Of a stretch of 64,000 nt of DNA, positions 1-9,515 are shown piece by piece. Source of the DNA: a bacterium (GTDB lineage Bacteria; UBA10199; 2-02-FULL-50-16; JAJFLM01); the NCBI GenBank assembly GCA_965216315.1, contig CBDCFN010000015.1, positions 32,001 to 96,000 of the forward strand. The letters run 5' to 3'. The translations under genes were made by a program, and so were the position numbers. The notes beneath the pieces are model-generated. The model was not told where the DNA came from. It did not search any database and was given only the letters and a program-made list of their open reading frames with translations. Numbering within the stretch: the first letter of the stretch is position 1; the number at the start of each line of letters is the position of its first letter.

Positions 1-1
1 T

Positions 2-877
2 AAAACAAAATACAAATCTGGCGAAACATTCTTAACTGATTTACAGGGAAGAAATTCGGTGCGTGGCAGAATCTGCGTCGATGAATTGGATGTTCTAGTC
101 CTGCGCAATGATCCTTCTACGGATGCACTCAACCGCCCCTGGGCAACGACTGTAGGACTCGACTTTGGCCGCATGGCACTTCGACACGGTGTGATCGTCC
201 TCAATGATCCCAATGGCCTCGCCAAGGCCATGAATAAGATGTATTTTCAGCTCTACCCGCAGGAGATTCGGCCCCAAACCCTGATTACGAGAGATCGCGA
301 AGAGATCAAATCATTTGCGAAACATATTGGGGGCACGATCGTATTAAAGCCACTGCAAGGATCCGGCGGGGCCAATGTTTTCCTAGTTCGGCCCGATGAT
401 ATCCCCAATATCAATCAGATGATCGATGCGATCATCCGAGATGGTTATGTGATCGCGCAAGAATATTTACCAGCAGCTGCGGAGGGGGACACGCGCTTAT
501 TTATAATGAACGGCCAACCTTTGCGTTATAAAGGCAAATATGCCGCGTTTCGTCGCGTCAGGCAGGGGGGGGATATGCGAAGCAATGTACACGCAGGCGG
601 TAAACTTGCAGCCGCAGAGATCAATGATTCCGTCTTAAGAATTGCTGAAATTGTACGGCCCAAACTGGTCCAAGACGGTATGTTCTTAGTCGGTCTCGAT
701 ATTGTGGGCGACAAACTCATGGAGATAAACGTCTTTAGTCCCGGCGGCCTCGGAAGTGCCCAAAAGTTCGAAGGCGTTAACTTTAACTACGAGGTGGTTA
801 GAGCACTCGAACGCAAGGTCCAATACATGCATGATTATGGTCGCAAATTCGACAATGTGGATTTAGCGACACTCTAG
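2..877 (+). CDS. gshB: Glutathione synthetase-like ATP-grasp ligase (5' truncated by window edge)
   Basis: Frame is open from base 2. GshB motifs: VLRNDP, IVLKPLQGSGG, QEYLP..GDTR, RSNVHAGG, VGLDIVGDKLMEINVFSPGG. Confidence 0.8.
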   Translation, partial: KTKYKSGETFLTDLQGRNSVRGRICVDELDVLVLRNDPSTDALNRPWATTVGLDFGRMALRHGVIVLNDPNGLAKAMNKMYFQLYPQEIRPQTLITRDREEIKSFAKHIGGTIVLKPLQGSGGANVFLVRPDDIPNINQMIDAIIRDGYVIAQEYLPAAAEGDTRLFIMNGQPLRYKGKYAAFRRVRQGGDMRSNVHAGGKLAAAEINDSVLRIAEIVRPKLVQDGMFLVGLDIVGDKLMEINVFSPGGLGSAQKFEGVNFNYEVVRALERKVQYMHDYGRKFDNVDLATL

Positions 878-905
878 GTGCTTGTCATCATTATCTTCAA
901 AGCTC

Positions 906-2222
906 ATGCTCCGTTACTCGACGATAAAACTCAGTGAAACACTTTCAGGGTTGGTTCGAGGTCGCTTATGGCTGAAAGTCATCATCGGGATGATTTTAGG
1001 AATATCCACCGGAATTATGCTGGGGCCATCAGTGGGGTGGGTTTCGGATCCAACAAGGATAATGGTCGGCAACTGGCTCGCCCTGCCTGGTCAATTATTT
1101 CTATTACTGATTCAAATGATCGTCATTCCGCTTGTCTTTGCCTCCGTGATTCATGGACTGGCCGCGAGCGAAAGCTTCGAACAGTTAAAAAAAATGGGCC
1201 TGGGTGTCGTCGGTTATTTCATCGTGACCACCGTCATTGCCGTTGTCATTGGTTTTGCAGTGTCGTTTCTGATCAAGCCCGGAGAATTTGTAAACAGTTC
1301 ACTGGTTCAGCAGGCCTTGGGCACAAGCCCCCAAATAACCCCACAGACGGCGGGAGAAATTCCCAGCGTTAGCGAATTACCCCAGAAACTGCTGACCATA
1401 CTTCCCCAAAATCCTCTCAATGCAATGGTCGAAGGCCAAATGCTTCAAGTCGTGCTGTTCGCTATTATCGTCGGGATAGCCTTGTTGTTGATCCCACGCA
1501 AACAGGCCCAGCCCTTGCTTGATGTCTTAGGTTCCTTGCAAGCCGTCTGCATGACCGTTGTTAAATGGGCGATGTGGTTGGCCCCTTTTGCGGTTTATGG
1601 CTTGCTAACGCAACTGACATCTAAAATCGGCTTTGAAGCCCTGATCGGAATGGCGGTCTACGTCGGCACTGTCCTGCTCGGCCTGCTTATCTTGCTTCTT
1701 TTCTATCTCTTTTTAGTCTTCGTCTTTGCACGCCTGTCGCCACTGAAATTTCTATTTAAGGTGCAGGACGTTCTGCTCTTGGCCTTTTCGACTTCCAGTT
1801 CCGCAGCGGTCATGCCGTTGTCCATGAAAACAGCTGAAGAAAAGTTGGGGGTTCGTTCCGCCGTCTCACAATTTGTCATCCCATTGGGAGCCACGATTAA
1901 TATGAATGGAACGGCTCTTTATCAGGCCGTCGCCACGATTTTTTTGGCACAAGTTTTTGGAATTTCCATCGGCATGATAGGTCTTTTATTGATCGTAGTC
2001 ACCGCGGTCGGTGCGTCCATCGGTTCTCCGGCAACCCCCGGCGTGGGCATCGTGGTCTTGGCGTTAGTACTCGATAGCGTCGGTGTGCCCACAAGTGGGA
2101 TTGCCTTGATCATGGGCGTCGACCGCATCCTTGATATGGGACGGACATCTATTAACGTCTGTGGAGATATCGTTGCCTGCAAGCTAACCGATCGATGGTT
2201 CTATAACGAAAATAAGCCATGA
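906..2222 (+). CDS. Dicarboxylate/amino acid:cation symporter (DAACS, GltP-like)
   Basis: AFSTSSSAA serine motif, GATINMNGT, GVDRILDMGRTSINVCGD; multiple TM helices. ATG at 906 (ORF track starts at TTG 882). Confidence 0.92.
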   Translation: MLRYSTIKLSETLSGLVRGRLWLKVIIGMILGISTGIMLGPSVGWVSDPTRIMVGNWLALPGQLFLLLIQMIVIPLVFASVIHGLAASESFEQLKKMGLGVVGYFIVTTVIAVVIGFAVSFLIKPGEFVNSSLVQQALGTSPQITPQTAGEIPSVSELPQKLLTILPQNPLNAMVEGQMLQVVLFAIIVGIALLLIPRKQAQPLLDVLGSLQAVCMTVVKWAMWLAPFAVYGLLTQLTSKIGFEALIGMAVYVGTVLLGLLILLLFYLFLVFVFARLSPLKFLFKVQDVLLLAFSTSSSAAVMPLSMKTAEEKLGVRSAVSQFVIPLGATINMNGTALYQAVATIFLAQVFGISIGMIGLLLIVVTAVGASIGSPATPGVGIVVLALVLDSVGVPTSGIALIMGVDRILDMGRTSINVCGDIVACKLTDRWFYNENKP

Positions 2223-2695
2223 AAAAAATTCTACCGCTATTAATAGTTGCCTTGTTCTTACCAAGCATTTCTATTGCCGATCAGCATCGCAAACTGCGCA
2301 TCGGTCGCATAGAGAAGATTACTTTGCCGAAACATAACATTTCCTTTGAAGGGCGTATTGATACCGGAGCCCATACCTGCTCTATACATGTAACCAACGC
2401 AAAAATAACCAAAGTCGGAAAAATTAAATATATTGAATTCGATACCGAAGACCGCAATGGGAATAAATATCACATCAAAACTAAGGTTCATAAAGAATCT
2501 CACATCAAGAAAACAGATGGTGAAGCTGACGCACGCTATGTGATACGTGAACTCGTTCAGCTTGGGAATATTACCAAAGAAGTTAATATTAATTTGAATG
2601 ATAGAAGCAAACTGAAGTATAACTTTTTGGTAGGACGTAATTTCTTGCGGGGCGATTTTGTCGTCGATGTTTCTCTCTCTCATACCGTAGAATAA
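2219..2695 (+). CDS. Secreted retropepsin-like aspartic protease (RimK/LysX-associated family, often annotated ATP-dependent Zn protease)
   Basis: Signal peptide; IDTGA catalytic motif; DRS..Y.FLVGRNFL C-terminal motif; ATGA-type overlap with upstream gene. Confidence 0.85.
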   Translation: MKKILPLLIVALFLPSISIADQHRKLRIGRIEKITLPKHNISFEGRIDTGAHTCSIHVTNAKITKVGKIKYIEFDTEDRNGNKYHIKTKVHKESHIKKTDGEADARYVIRELVQLGNITKEVNINLNDRSKLKYNFLVGRNFLRGDFVVDVSLSHTVE

Positions 2696-2708
2696 GAAAG
2701 ATATCACG

Positions 2709-4280
2709 ATGAACTGGAAATATTTTCTGCTTGTAACGGGTCTCTTGCTAGCAACGGCAATTCCGATTTCTTACAAGACATTCATATTAGGTATGGACTT
2801 TTTCCCTTCTGTTAAAAAAGATACGTGGGCCATTGAGTTTATGGCGAAGGTCAAGGGAAGCCCAAAAAGCCAAAAGATCGTTTTCCCCATACCCAAGGCA
2901 AGCGATCGCATCCAAATTCTTGAGACACAATTCGAAGGTCAAAATTTGGCATTAGCGATTAAAACCACATTGGCAGGGGCTCACGCCAGCCTAACCGGCA
3001 TTAGCAGACAAAACATCAAGGTTTTTTATCGAGTCAATCTTAAGGGCTTTCAAAAAAAATATAAGATGCCTGTCTCAAATGAATGGCAAAGCTATCCAAA
3101 AAAAGTGGCTGCGTTTTTAGATCCCCCTCCGCTGAGTCCGTCTGTAGAGCAAGCTATAGAAAGATTGGAATATGAATTGTTTAGTGTCAAAATGACACGC
3201 CTCAACCGGATTAAGACTCTTTTTTATTTTCTGCATGAAGAAATCCTAAAGGGAAAGAAACACCAGGGGATTGAACAGGCATTATTGAAATCAAAGGGCT
3301 CTTCACGCGATAAAGCCGAACTATTTACGATCCTTGCTCGCCGTCAGGGAATACCGGCACGTACGATAATGGGAATAACGCTCACAGAGAAAGAAAATAT
3401 TAAACGAACCGCCTGGCATTGGAATGAGGTTTATTTAGGACAACAATGGATTCCCGTCCTGTTAAAAGAGGGCTATTTGGGTGAAATACCGGCTGAGTAT
3501 CTCCCATTAGCCACAAGCACGAAACTACGTCCCAAGTGGCCTAATGATGGCTTTCACTTAACTGTCAATGCGGAACGGCTCAGCTCCGAGCAATTTAATG
3601 CGCTTGAATATCGAAAACAACTTACCGCCAAGAAATCGCTTATTTTGAGCTTTTCACCTTACACGTTGCCGCTCTCGGAGCAGCCGGCATTTAAGCTGCT
3701 TCTCTTATTTGCATTCGGAACTCTCGTCCTAGCGTTTTGTCGCAATATTATTGGAATGAAGAGTTTTGGCATCTTCTTTCCGGTTTTATTAGCGTTGTTT
3801 TTCAAAGACACATCTTTATGGTTTGGAATGGGTTTTTTTGGCTTTATTATTATTATGGGGACATTAGAACGTCGTTTGCTAACCGCTATGCACCTCTTAG
3901 CCGTACCACGATTTTCAATAATTTTGGTCCTCTTGGTGATAACTCTGTTGCTATTCGCGATACTCAATAATCAGTATCAGTTTTCGCAGTATAACCCGGC
4001 AATTCTTCCTATTATCATTACAACGATGTTTATCGAACGCTTTAGCATTAAATGGGAAGAAGAAGGCACATTAAATACGGGGCAGGCTTTGCTAGGAACT
4101 TTTTTCATATCGATTGTGGCCTATAGCCTTTTCTCATGGGAGCTGTTGGAAAGGCTGCTTTACACCCATCCGGAGACTCTATTTACCATTATTGCCTTTT
4201 TGATCATGATTGGCCGTTACACAGGATATCGCGTTTCAGAGATCATCCGTTTTCGTGAGTTTCTGAGGCAAAGAGCATGA
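2709..4280 (+). CDS. Inactive transglutaminase-like domain fused to 7TM membrane domain
   Basis: ARRQGIPAR...WNEVY transglutaminase scaffold with Cys replaced by Ser (GSSRD). C-terminal 7TM with RNIIG..FG.F.P, LLAVPR, IERFS, GRYTGYR. Confidence 0.85.
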   Translation: MNWKYFLLVTGLLLATAIPISYKTFILGMDFFPSVKKDTWAIEFMAKVKGSPKSQKIVFPIPKASDRIQILETQFEGQNLALAIKTTLAGAHASLTGISRQNIKVFYRVNLKGFQKKYKMPVSNEWQSYPKKVAAFLDPPPLSPSVEQAIERLEYELFSVKMTRLNRIKTLFYFLHEEILKGKKHQGIEQALLKSKGSSRDKAELFTILARRQGIPARTIMGITLTEKENIKRTAWHWNEVYLGQQWIPVLLKEGYLGEIPAEYLPLATSTKLRPKWPNDGFHLTVNAERLSSEQFNALEYRKQLTAKKSLILSFSPYTLPLSEQPAFKLLLLFAFGTLVLAFCRNIIGMKSFGIFFPVLLALFFKDTSLWFGMGFFGFIIIMGTLERRLLTAMHLLAVPRFSIILVLLVITLLLFAILNNQYQFSQYNPAILPIIITTMFIERFSIKWEEEGTLNTGQALLGTFFISIVAYSLFSWELLERLLYTHPETLFTIIAFLIMIGRYTGYRVSEIIRFREFLRQRA

Positions 4281-5212
4281 CCTTTGGCGCACTCCATTCA
4301 CTTGGCGTTCTCGGCATCAATGCCCGCATCGGGCACTACATGAATCGCTACAATCCAAGAAAATATTATCCGTTTGTTGATGACAAAATCAAAACAAGCG
4401 CATTGGCTGAACAGCACGAAATCAAAATTCCGAAAACTTACCATATTTTTGATTCTTACGGGGAATTACGCAACCTGAGTGAAATTCTCAAACCCTATGA
4501 AGCCTTCGTGATCAAACCTGCTAAAGGCGCCATGGGACATGGAATCGTTGTCATCGACAGAGTCGATAAGGAACTATTTATCAAACCAAGTGGCAAACAA
4601 ATGACGCTTCAACAGCTTCGCGATCATATCTCACAAATTATGAGCGGATTATACTCATTAAGTGGCACACCCGATGAGGCTATCATCCAATATAAAGTCA
4701 AACTTCATCCAGCCTTTCACTCGTATACGTATCAGGGAATTCCGGATGTTCGCGTGATTGTTTACCGAGGATATCCGGTAATGGCGATGACGCGGCTACC
4801 CACTCGAGAGTCCGATGGTCGCGCAAACCTGCATCAAGGTTCCATCGGCGCAGGGCTAAACATGACTAGCGGTAAAGTAACTTATGCTATTCACCACAAT
4901 CATTTTATTCATCACCACCCTGATACCAGCCACACGCTAGATGGGCTTGAGATCCCCTACTGGCAGGAAATCCTCATTACAGCGGCGCGTTGTTACGACA
5001 TAGTCCACATGGGCTACTTGGGTGTCGATATTGTCGTTGATGAAATTTATGGTTCATTAATGCTCGAAATGAATGCGCGCCCGGGCCTGTCCATTCAGGT
5101 AGCCAACCGTAAGGGACTTAAAAAAATATTGAATAACTTTGAGAAAATGATCACCCGGCAACTACCGGCGGAAGAACGGGTTAAACTTGCATTGTCACAA
5201 TTTCAGGGCTAA
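4277..5212 (+). CDS. Alpha-L-glutamate ligase-like ATP-grasp protein (TIGR02291-like)
   Basis: LGINAR, YPFVDDK, FVIKPAKG..GHGI, GIPDVRVIV, RLPT..SDGRANLHQG, EMNARPGL.IQ.AN. Confidence 0.9.
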   Translation: MTFGALHSLGVLGINARIGHYMNRYNPRKYYPFVDDKIKTSALAEQHEIKIPKTYHIFDSYGELRNLSEILKPYEAFVIKPAKGAMGHGIVVIDRVDKELFIKPSGKQMTLQQLRDHISQIMSGLYSLSGTPDEAIIQYKVKLHPAFHSYTYQGIPDVRVIVYRGYPVMAMTRLPTRESDGRANLHQGSIGAGLNMTSGKVTYAIHHNHFIHHHPDTSHTLDGLEIPYWQEILITAARCYDIVHMGYLGVDIVVDEIYGSLMLEMNARPGLSIQVANRKGLKKILNNFEKMITRQLPAEERVKLALSQFQG

Positions 5213-5274
5213 TCCATCTAAAATTAGACAGCTATTTGATACTATGCTATGGGAAGTCCTCGCATATCAGATTA

Positions 5275-6153
5275 ATGGAACAATTCACCCTAGAAAAAAT
5301 TTTAGAATGGGTTAATTTCCCGCTTATCAAGATCGGTCAGGTCCAGATCACATTGGGCGGGCTCGGCACTGCTTTTCTCACGCTTGTCGTCTTCATTTTT
5401 CTGGCTGCTTTCCTTCAAAAGTCACTATCTAAACGACTTACCAAACGGCTCAAATTAAATTCGGGAACAGCCTATGCGCTCAGCCGGATTTTACAATATT
5501 TCATTATCATTCTCGGATTGATTTTAGCCGCTCAGATCGTCGGATTTAATCTGGGCAGTCTCGCTGTTGTCTTTGGCTTTTTAAGTGTCGGGGTTGGATT
5601 TGGACTTCAGAATATAACCTCTAATTTCATATCAGGTCTGATCTTATTATTTGAACGACCGATTGCCGTCGGCGATTTTGTTAATGTTGAAGGGCAGATA
5701 GGGAAAGTCATCAAGATCAGCATGCGAGCAACATTGATCAGAACATTCGATAACGTGACTATTATCGTGCCCAACAGCAAATTTATCGAGAACCAGGTTA
5801 TCAACTGGTCACACGGTGACCCCAAAATACGTCTCCATTGCTCCGTCGGCGTTGCCTATGGCTCAAATACAACCCTGGTCCATGAAACTCTGCTTAAAGT
5901 CGCGCGGGATCACGAGTCAATTCTGCAGCAACCGACTCCGGAAGTGCGTTTTTTGGAGTTCGGAGATTCGTCTCTCAACTTTGAATTGCTCGCCTGGACC
6001 GCGGTTCCGGAAAGTCAACTACAGGTCATCAGTCAACTTAATTTCGCTATCGATCAAGCGTTCCGCGATGCGGGCATTCAAATTCCGTTCCCACAACGGG
6101 ACTTGCACTTGCAGATGACGCCAGCCGTTGAACAAATTGCCGGACGGAAATGA
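5275..6153 (+). CDS. MscS-family mechanosensitive channel (MscK-like C-terminal core)
   Basis: GVGFGLQNI.SNF.SG..LLFERP..GD, IIVPNS, VGVAYGS, FGDSSLNFEL, IPFPQRDLH. Confidence 0.93.
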   Translation: MEQFTLEKILEWVNFPLIKIGQVQITLGGLGTAFLTLVVFIFLAAFLQKSLSKRLTKRLKLNSGTAYALSRILQYFIIILGLILAAQIVGFNLGSLAVVFGFLSVGVGFGLQNITSNFISGLILLFERPIAVGDFVNVEGQIGKVIKISMRATLIRTFDNVTIIVPNSKFIENQVINWSHGDPKIRLHCSVGVAYGSNTTLVHETLLKVARDHESILQQPTPEVRFLEFGDSSLNFELLAWTAVPESQLQVISQLNFAIDQAFRDAGIQIPFPQRDLHLQMTPAVEQIAGRK

Positions 6154-6172
6154 TGTCCTCTATACAGTGCCT

Positions 6173-7471
6173 CTAGATGAGACTCCCTAAGAGAGTCGCT
6201 AACCCGAGAAAACTAAAGAAACCGACCACATCCGTTACGGTGGTTAGAATAATCGAGGAAGAGGTCGCAGGATCCTGTCCAAATGCAGACAGAACCAACG
6301 GGATGCTCGCACCCGCTAGCCCTGCCGCGAGCATGGAAATGACCATCGCCAAACCGATGATGAGACTGAGTCCGTACGAATGGCTCCAAAGAAAAACCGC
6401 AATGGCCGTGACAATCGCAATAGCAATGCCATTGATTAGGGCTACGCGACCTTCCTTCCACAGGGCCTTGGGCCACTGACGTAAGCGCACTTCGCGCAGC
6501 GCGAGACCGCGCATGATGACGGCCAAGGCCTGCGCCCCGGTATTGCCGGATTGTCCCGCCACGACCGGCATCAAAACAGCAAGAGCCGTATATTTGGCGA
6601 TTGTTCCCTCGAAAAGACCGACGACTGCTGAGGCGAGAAAAGCGGTCAGCAAATTAATGTGCAACCAGGGTAATCGCTTCTTAATAGCAAAGCTCGCCTT
6701 AGAAAAAGCACGCTCTTCTTTGCTGACACCAACCATCGCCTGGATATCCGCACTGGCTTCCTGTTCGGCTGCCTGCATGATGGCGTGTTGTCGAATCACG
6801 CCCAAGAGGCGATTATCATAGTCCAAAACCGGCAAAGTGCTCAGTCGACCGCGTTCAAACAACTCGACGGCTTCATCCCGAGAAGACACGGCTTGAATGG
6901 TTACCGGTGGCCGGACGACCAAACTTTGGAGCACTTCGTCATGCTTGGCAAGAATGGCATCCTGCAGGGGGACGACACCCGTAAGATGGCCGGTATCATC
7001 AACTAAGAATAAATCCAGTATCCTCTTTCGCTGCAGTTGACGCATTCGTTTCATCGCATCCTTGACGGTCGCTTGTGGATGCAACGTAACAACTCGGGTA
7101 TCCATGTAGTAACCGGCCGTATCTGCCGTATAAGATAACAGTTGCGTGAGTTCTTGAGCTGTCTGCGCATCAAGCCAGCTGAGCCGCTTGGAGCGCTCCG
7201 TTTCATCCATTTGCGACAGGAGCAGTGCCACCCGGTGCAGGTCCATTCCCGCTAAAACAGCCACGAAAGTTGCTTTATCCAACGCAGCAAAGGCAGACGC
7301 CGCCATCGAGGGAGTCAGGCGGTGCAATAAGGTCATTAAATGCTGTACATCCTGTTTCTTAAGAAATGAAATGACATCGGAACCGGAACGCGTCTCCAAA
7401 TGTCGGGCTACCTCTTCCGGGTATTGTTCCAGAAAAGCCCGATTTAATTTTTGGACCGCCTGCGACGTCAT
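6173..7471 (-). CDS. mgtE: Magnesium transporter MgtE
   Basis: MgtE_N domain, CBS pair, RLPWL..NL, GNTGAQA, DPA.SS.I.LTT.TD (conserved Asp). Confidence 0.92.
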   Translation of the reverse strand: MTSQAVQKLNRAFLEQYPEEVARHLETRSGSDVISFLKKQDVQHLMTLLHRLTPSMAASAFAALDKATFVAVLAGMDLHRVALLLSQMDETERSKRLSWLDAQTAQELTQLLSYTADTAGYYMDTRVVTLHPQATVKDAMKRMRQLQRKRILDLFLVDDTGHLTGVVPLQDAILAKHDEVLQSLVVRPPVTIQAVSSRDEAVELFERGRLSTLPVLDYDNRLLGVIRQHAIMQAAEQEASADIQAMVGVSKEERAFSKASFAIKKRLPWLHINLLTAFLASAVVGLFEGTIAKYTALAVLMPVVAGQSGNTGAQALAVIMRGLALREVRLRQWPKALWKEGRVALINGIAIAIVTAIAVFLWSHSYGLSLIIGLAMVISMLAAGLAGASIPLVLSAFGQDPATSSSIILTTVTDVVGFFSFLGLATLLGSLI

Positions 7472-8305
7472 CTAAGACTCCTGCTTCGGCTGATTGCTTG
7501 TAACCGTAATAAGGCTATCCCACACCGCTGTCATTCCGACCCAGCACAGCTCACCGAGTGATAAAGCAACATGGACCGGACTATGGGACTCGGTACTCAT
7601 CTGTGCTTCCAAGCGGCGAAAAGTGCGATAACGCAAGACTCCTAAAAAACGTCCGCCGTCATCCGTCACCGGAAGGGCGTGATAGTCACGCCAACCCGGG
7701 TGGACCACAATGCTCTCTAAGGACGCATCAGCCACTAAATGCGCGGTGGGTGGATTCATGAGCGATGAAAGTCGGGCTTCATCATCCACACCAATTAATT
7801 CCTGATAACCAAGCACACCCACTAATTTCTTAGCGTCATCAATCACGTACAAATACGAAACTGTTTGTTGCGCTGCCCGTTGAATCTGCTCAAGGCAAAC
7901 GGATACGCGCATGTCATGCGGCCAGGCCACGACTTGCGGATCCATCAGAGCTCCGGCACTCTGACGTGGATATTCAAGCAATAGCCGTATGGCCTCCGCT
8001 GTTTTTGAGGCCGATAGCTTCAGTAATTTGTTTCTTTCGTCAGGAGGTAATGACCTTAATAAAATAGCCGCCGTGTCAAGCGGAAGAATAGACAAAATCT
8101 GCTGAACCGACTCGGGCTTTAATTTTGACAAGCATAATCCCGCCGTCGCCGTTATCATTTGACTCAATACTGCCGCGGCTGCCGGAGCCGTTAATCCTTG
8201 GAAATACTCAATGCTCTCCGGCAAAGAGAGCTCCTCTAAAATTCGCGCGGCTTCTTTGGGATGAGTGGCGACATAGGCATCCGCCAAGTCGCTCGCACAT
8301 TTCAT
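7472..8305 (-). CDS. MgtE N-terminal plus CBS-pair protein lacking the transport domain
   Basis: YP..SAG.LM, YLYVID..KLVGV, LPVTD..GRFLG; short hydrophobic C-terminal tail only. Confidence 0.8.
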   Translation of the reverse strand: MKCASDLADAYVATHPKEAARILEELSLPESIEYFQGLTAPAAAAVLSQMITATAGLCLSKLKPESVQQILSILPLDTAAILLRSLPPDERNKLLKLSASKTAEAIRLLLEYPRQSAGALMDPQVVAWPHDMRVSVCLEQIQRAAQQTVSYLYVIDDAKKLVGVLGYQELIGVDDEARLSSLMNPPTAHLVADASLESIVVHPGWRDYHALPVTDDGGRFLGVLRYRTFRRLEAQMSTESHSPVHVALSLGELCWVGMTAVWDSLITVTSNQPKQES

Positions 8306-8306
8306 G

Positions 8307-9134
8307 TCAGGACTCCTCTTTCAGAATAAGAGTCATTTCCTGGCTAAAACGATGTGCCGGAATATACATGCGACCTTCATTTGTTTCTACGCAGACGGAA
8401 GTAAGCGTCAATTCGATAATGCGCCCCTGTATCTCCCCGACACGCACCGTCTGACCGAGACTGTAATTTTTTGTCACATAATGCGAAGCAATGATGTCGC
8501 GCACGGCCGTTTTGGCCCCTAAAGCAAATGCGAGAGCTATGCCACCACTAATGGCAGACGCAATAATCGCAATAATAATGATCAGTAAATTGATATCGAT
8601 GCCGAGTTGATCGATAGCAATCAGAACGCTCGTAATGATAATGGAAAGGCGCCCTAATTGTCCGATCAGCTCACCGTGAGCAACTTCAGAAGATTTTGTG
8701 AAACGGGTGACCACCGCCCTAATGATATTGCCTGTAAAGAGCCCCAGAAAAATGATAAGCAGCGCGGCAAGAATATTTGGCATGTATTTGGCGATCGACT
8801 TAAGCCAACCTGAAATAACGGGTTGACCTAAGTGCTCTAATGAAACCGCCAAGAAAAATAACAGGACCAACCAGAAAACAATTCGACTAACAATTTGGAT
8901 GACATGCGTACTGACACCCGTTTCCGTCAGTCCACGCGCCCGCGCCCGCCGCCGTACCAGATGATTAAGACCTTTTAGGAATCCGCGAATCCAAGCACGC
9001 AGAATAAATGCGACGATAAGACCGAATAACAACAAGATAAGCGCGCCCAGCAGGTTAGGTAATATCGCGGTAAGATTATCCTTCAACTGCTGAAAAGCTT
9101 GACTAAGCGGCTCGAGCCAGCTGGAAGAAAACAC
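8307..9134 (-). CDS. Small-conductance mechanosensitive channel protein with TM_helix repeats (CmpX-like)
   Basis: LPNLLGA and MPNILAA repeats; ALAFALG; GQTVRVG..QGRI MscS beta domain. Confidence 0.8.
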   Translation of the reverse strand: MFSSSWLEPLSQAFQQLKDNLTAILPNLLGALILLLFGLIVAFILRAWIRGFLKGLNHLVRRRARARGLTETGVSTHVIQIVSRIVFWLVLLFFLAVSLEHLGQPVISGWLKSIAKYMPNILAALLIIFLGLFTGNIIRAVVTRFTKSSEVAHGELIGQLGRLSIIITSVLIAIDQLGIDINLLIIIIAIIASAISGGIALAFALGAKTAVRDIIASHYVTKNYSLGQTVRVGEIQGRIIELTLTSVCVETNEGRMYIPAHRFSQEMTLILKEES

Positions 9135-9326
9135 GTCAGTGCTATAACAAATACGCTTTGGGAGGTCTAGAAATGTTCTTGACTACGCCATGATTACAAA
9201 CATGGCTGTTAAATGACTAAGCGCCGGCCCACATGACCCTCAGTTACCTTTTTATTTCAATAAGTTATGCATCATCACCCCTTAAGAACCCGCAGAATCT
9301 TAGTTTTTGGTTGTCGCCGCATTCTA

Positions 9327-9335
9327 TGCTACAAT
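9327..9335 (+). promoter_or_regulatory. Extended -10 sigma-70 promoter (TGcTACAAT), leaderless start at 9342
   Basis: TG-n-TACAAT followed by a 6-nt gap and then ATG. Confidence 0.55.
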
Positions 9336-9341
9336 TCTTGT

Positions 9342-9515
9342 ATGGCTATTCGTAGAGATGATAAGAAAATCAAGCGTCCGCCGGCAGCCGGAGGGGCGGC
9401 AAACGCCCTGAAAAAATTTGAATCCAAGTTGTTGCGTAAAAAGTTATCGAAAAATACGCACCTGAAGTTAAGCCCCAATCCTCGGAAACTGTTTAGCTTC
9501 AACGCAAAGTTTTAG
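9342..9515 (+). CDS. Small, highly basic protein (57 aa)
   Basis: MAIRRDDKKIKRPP...NAKF; its stop abuts the ABC transporter ATG at 9516; promoter directly upstream. Confidence 0.55.
   Translation: MAIRRDDKKIKRPPAAGGAANALKKFESKLLRKKLSKNTHLKLSPNPRKLFSFNAKF

Noticed and set aside
9255..9267. IHF-like sites in AT-rich intergenic regions (also near 33669 and 38914)
   Set aside because: Short degenerate matches with mismatches; cannot be separated from background by eye.
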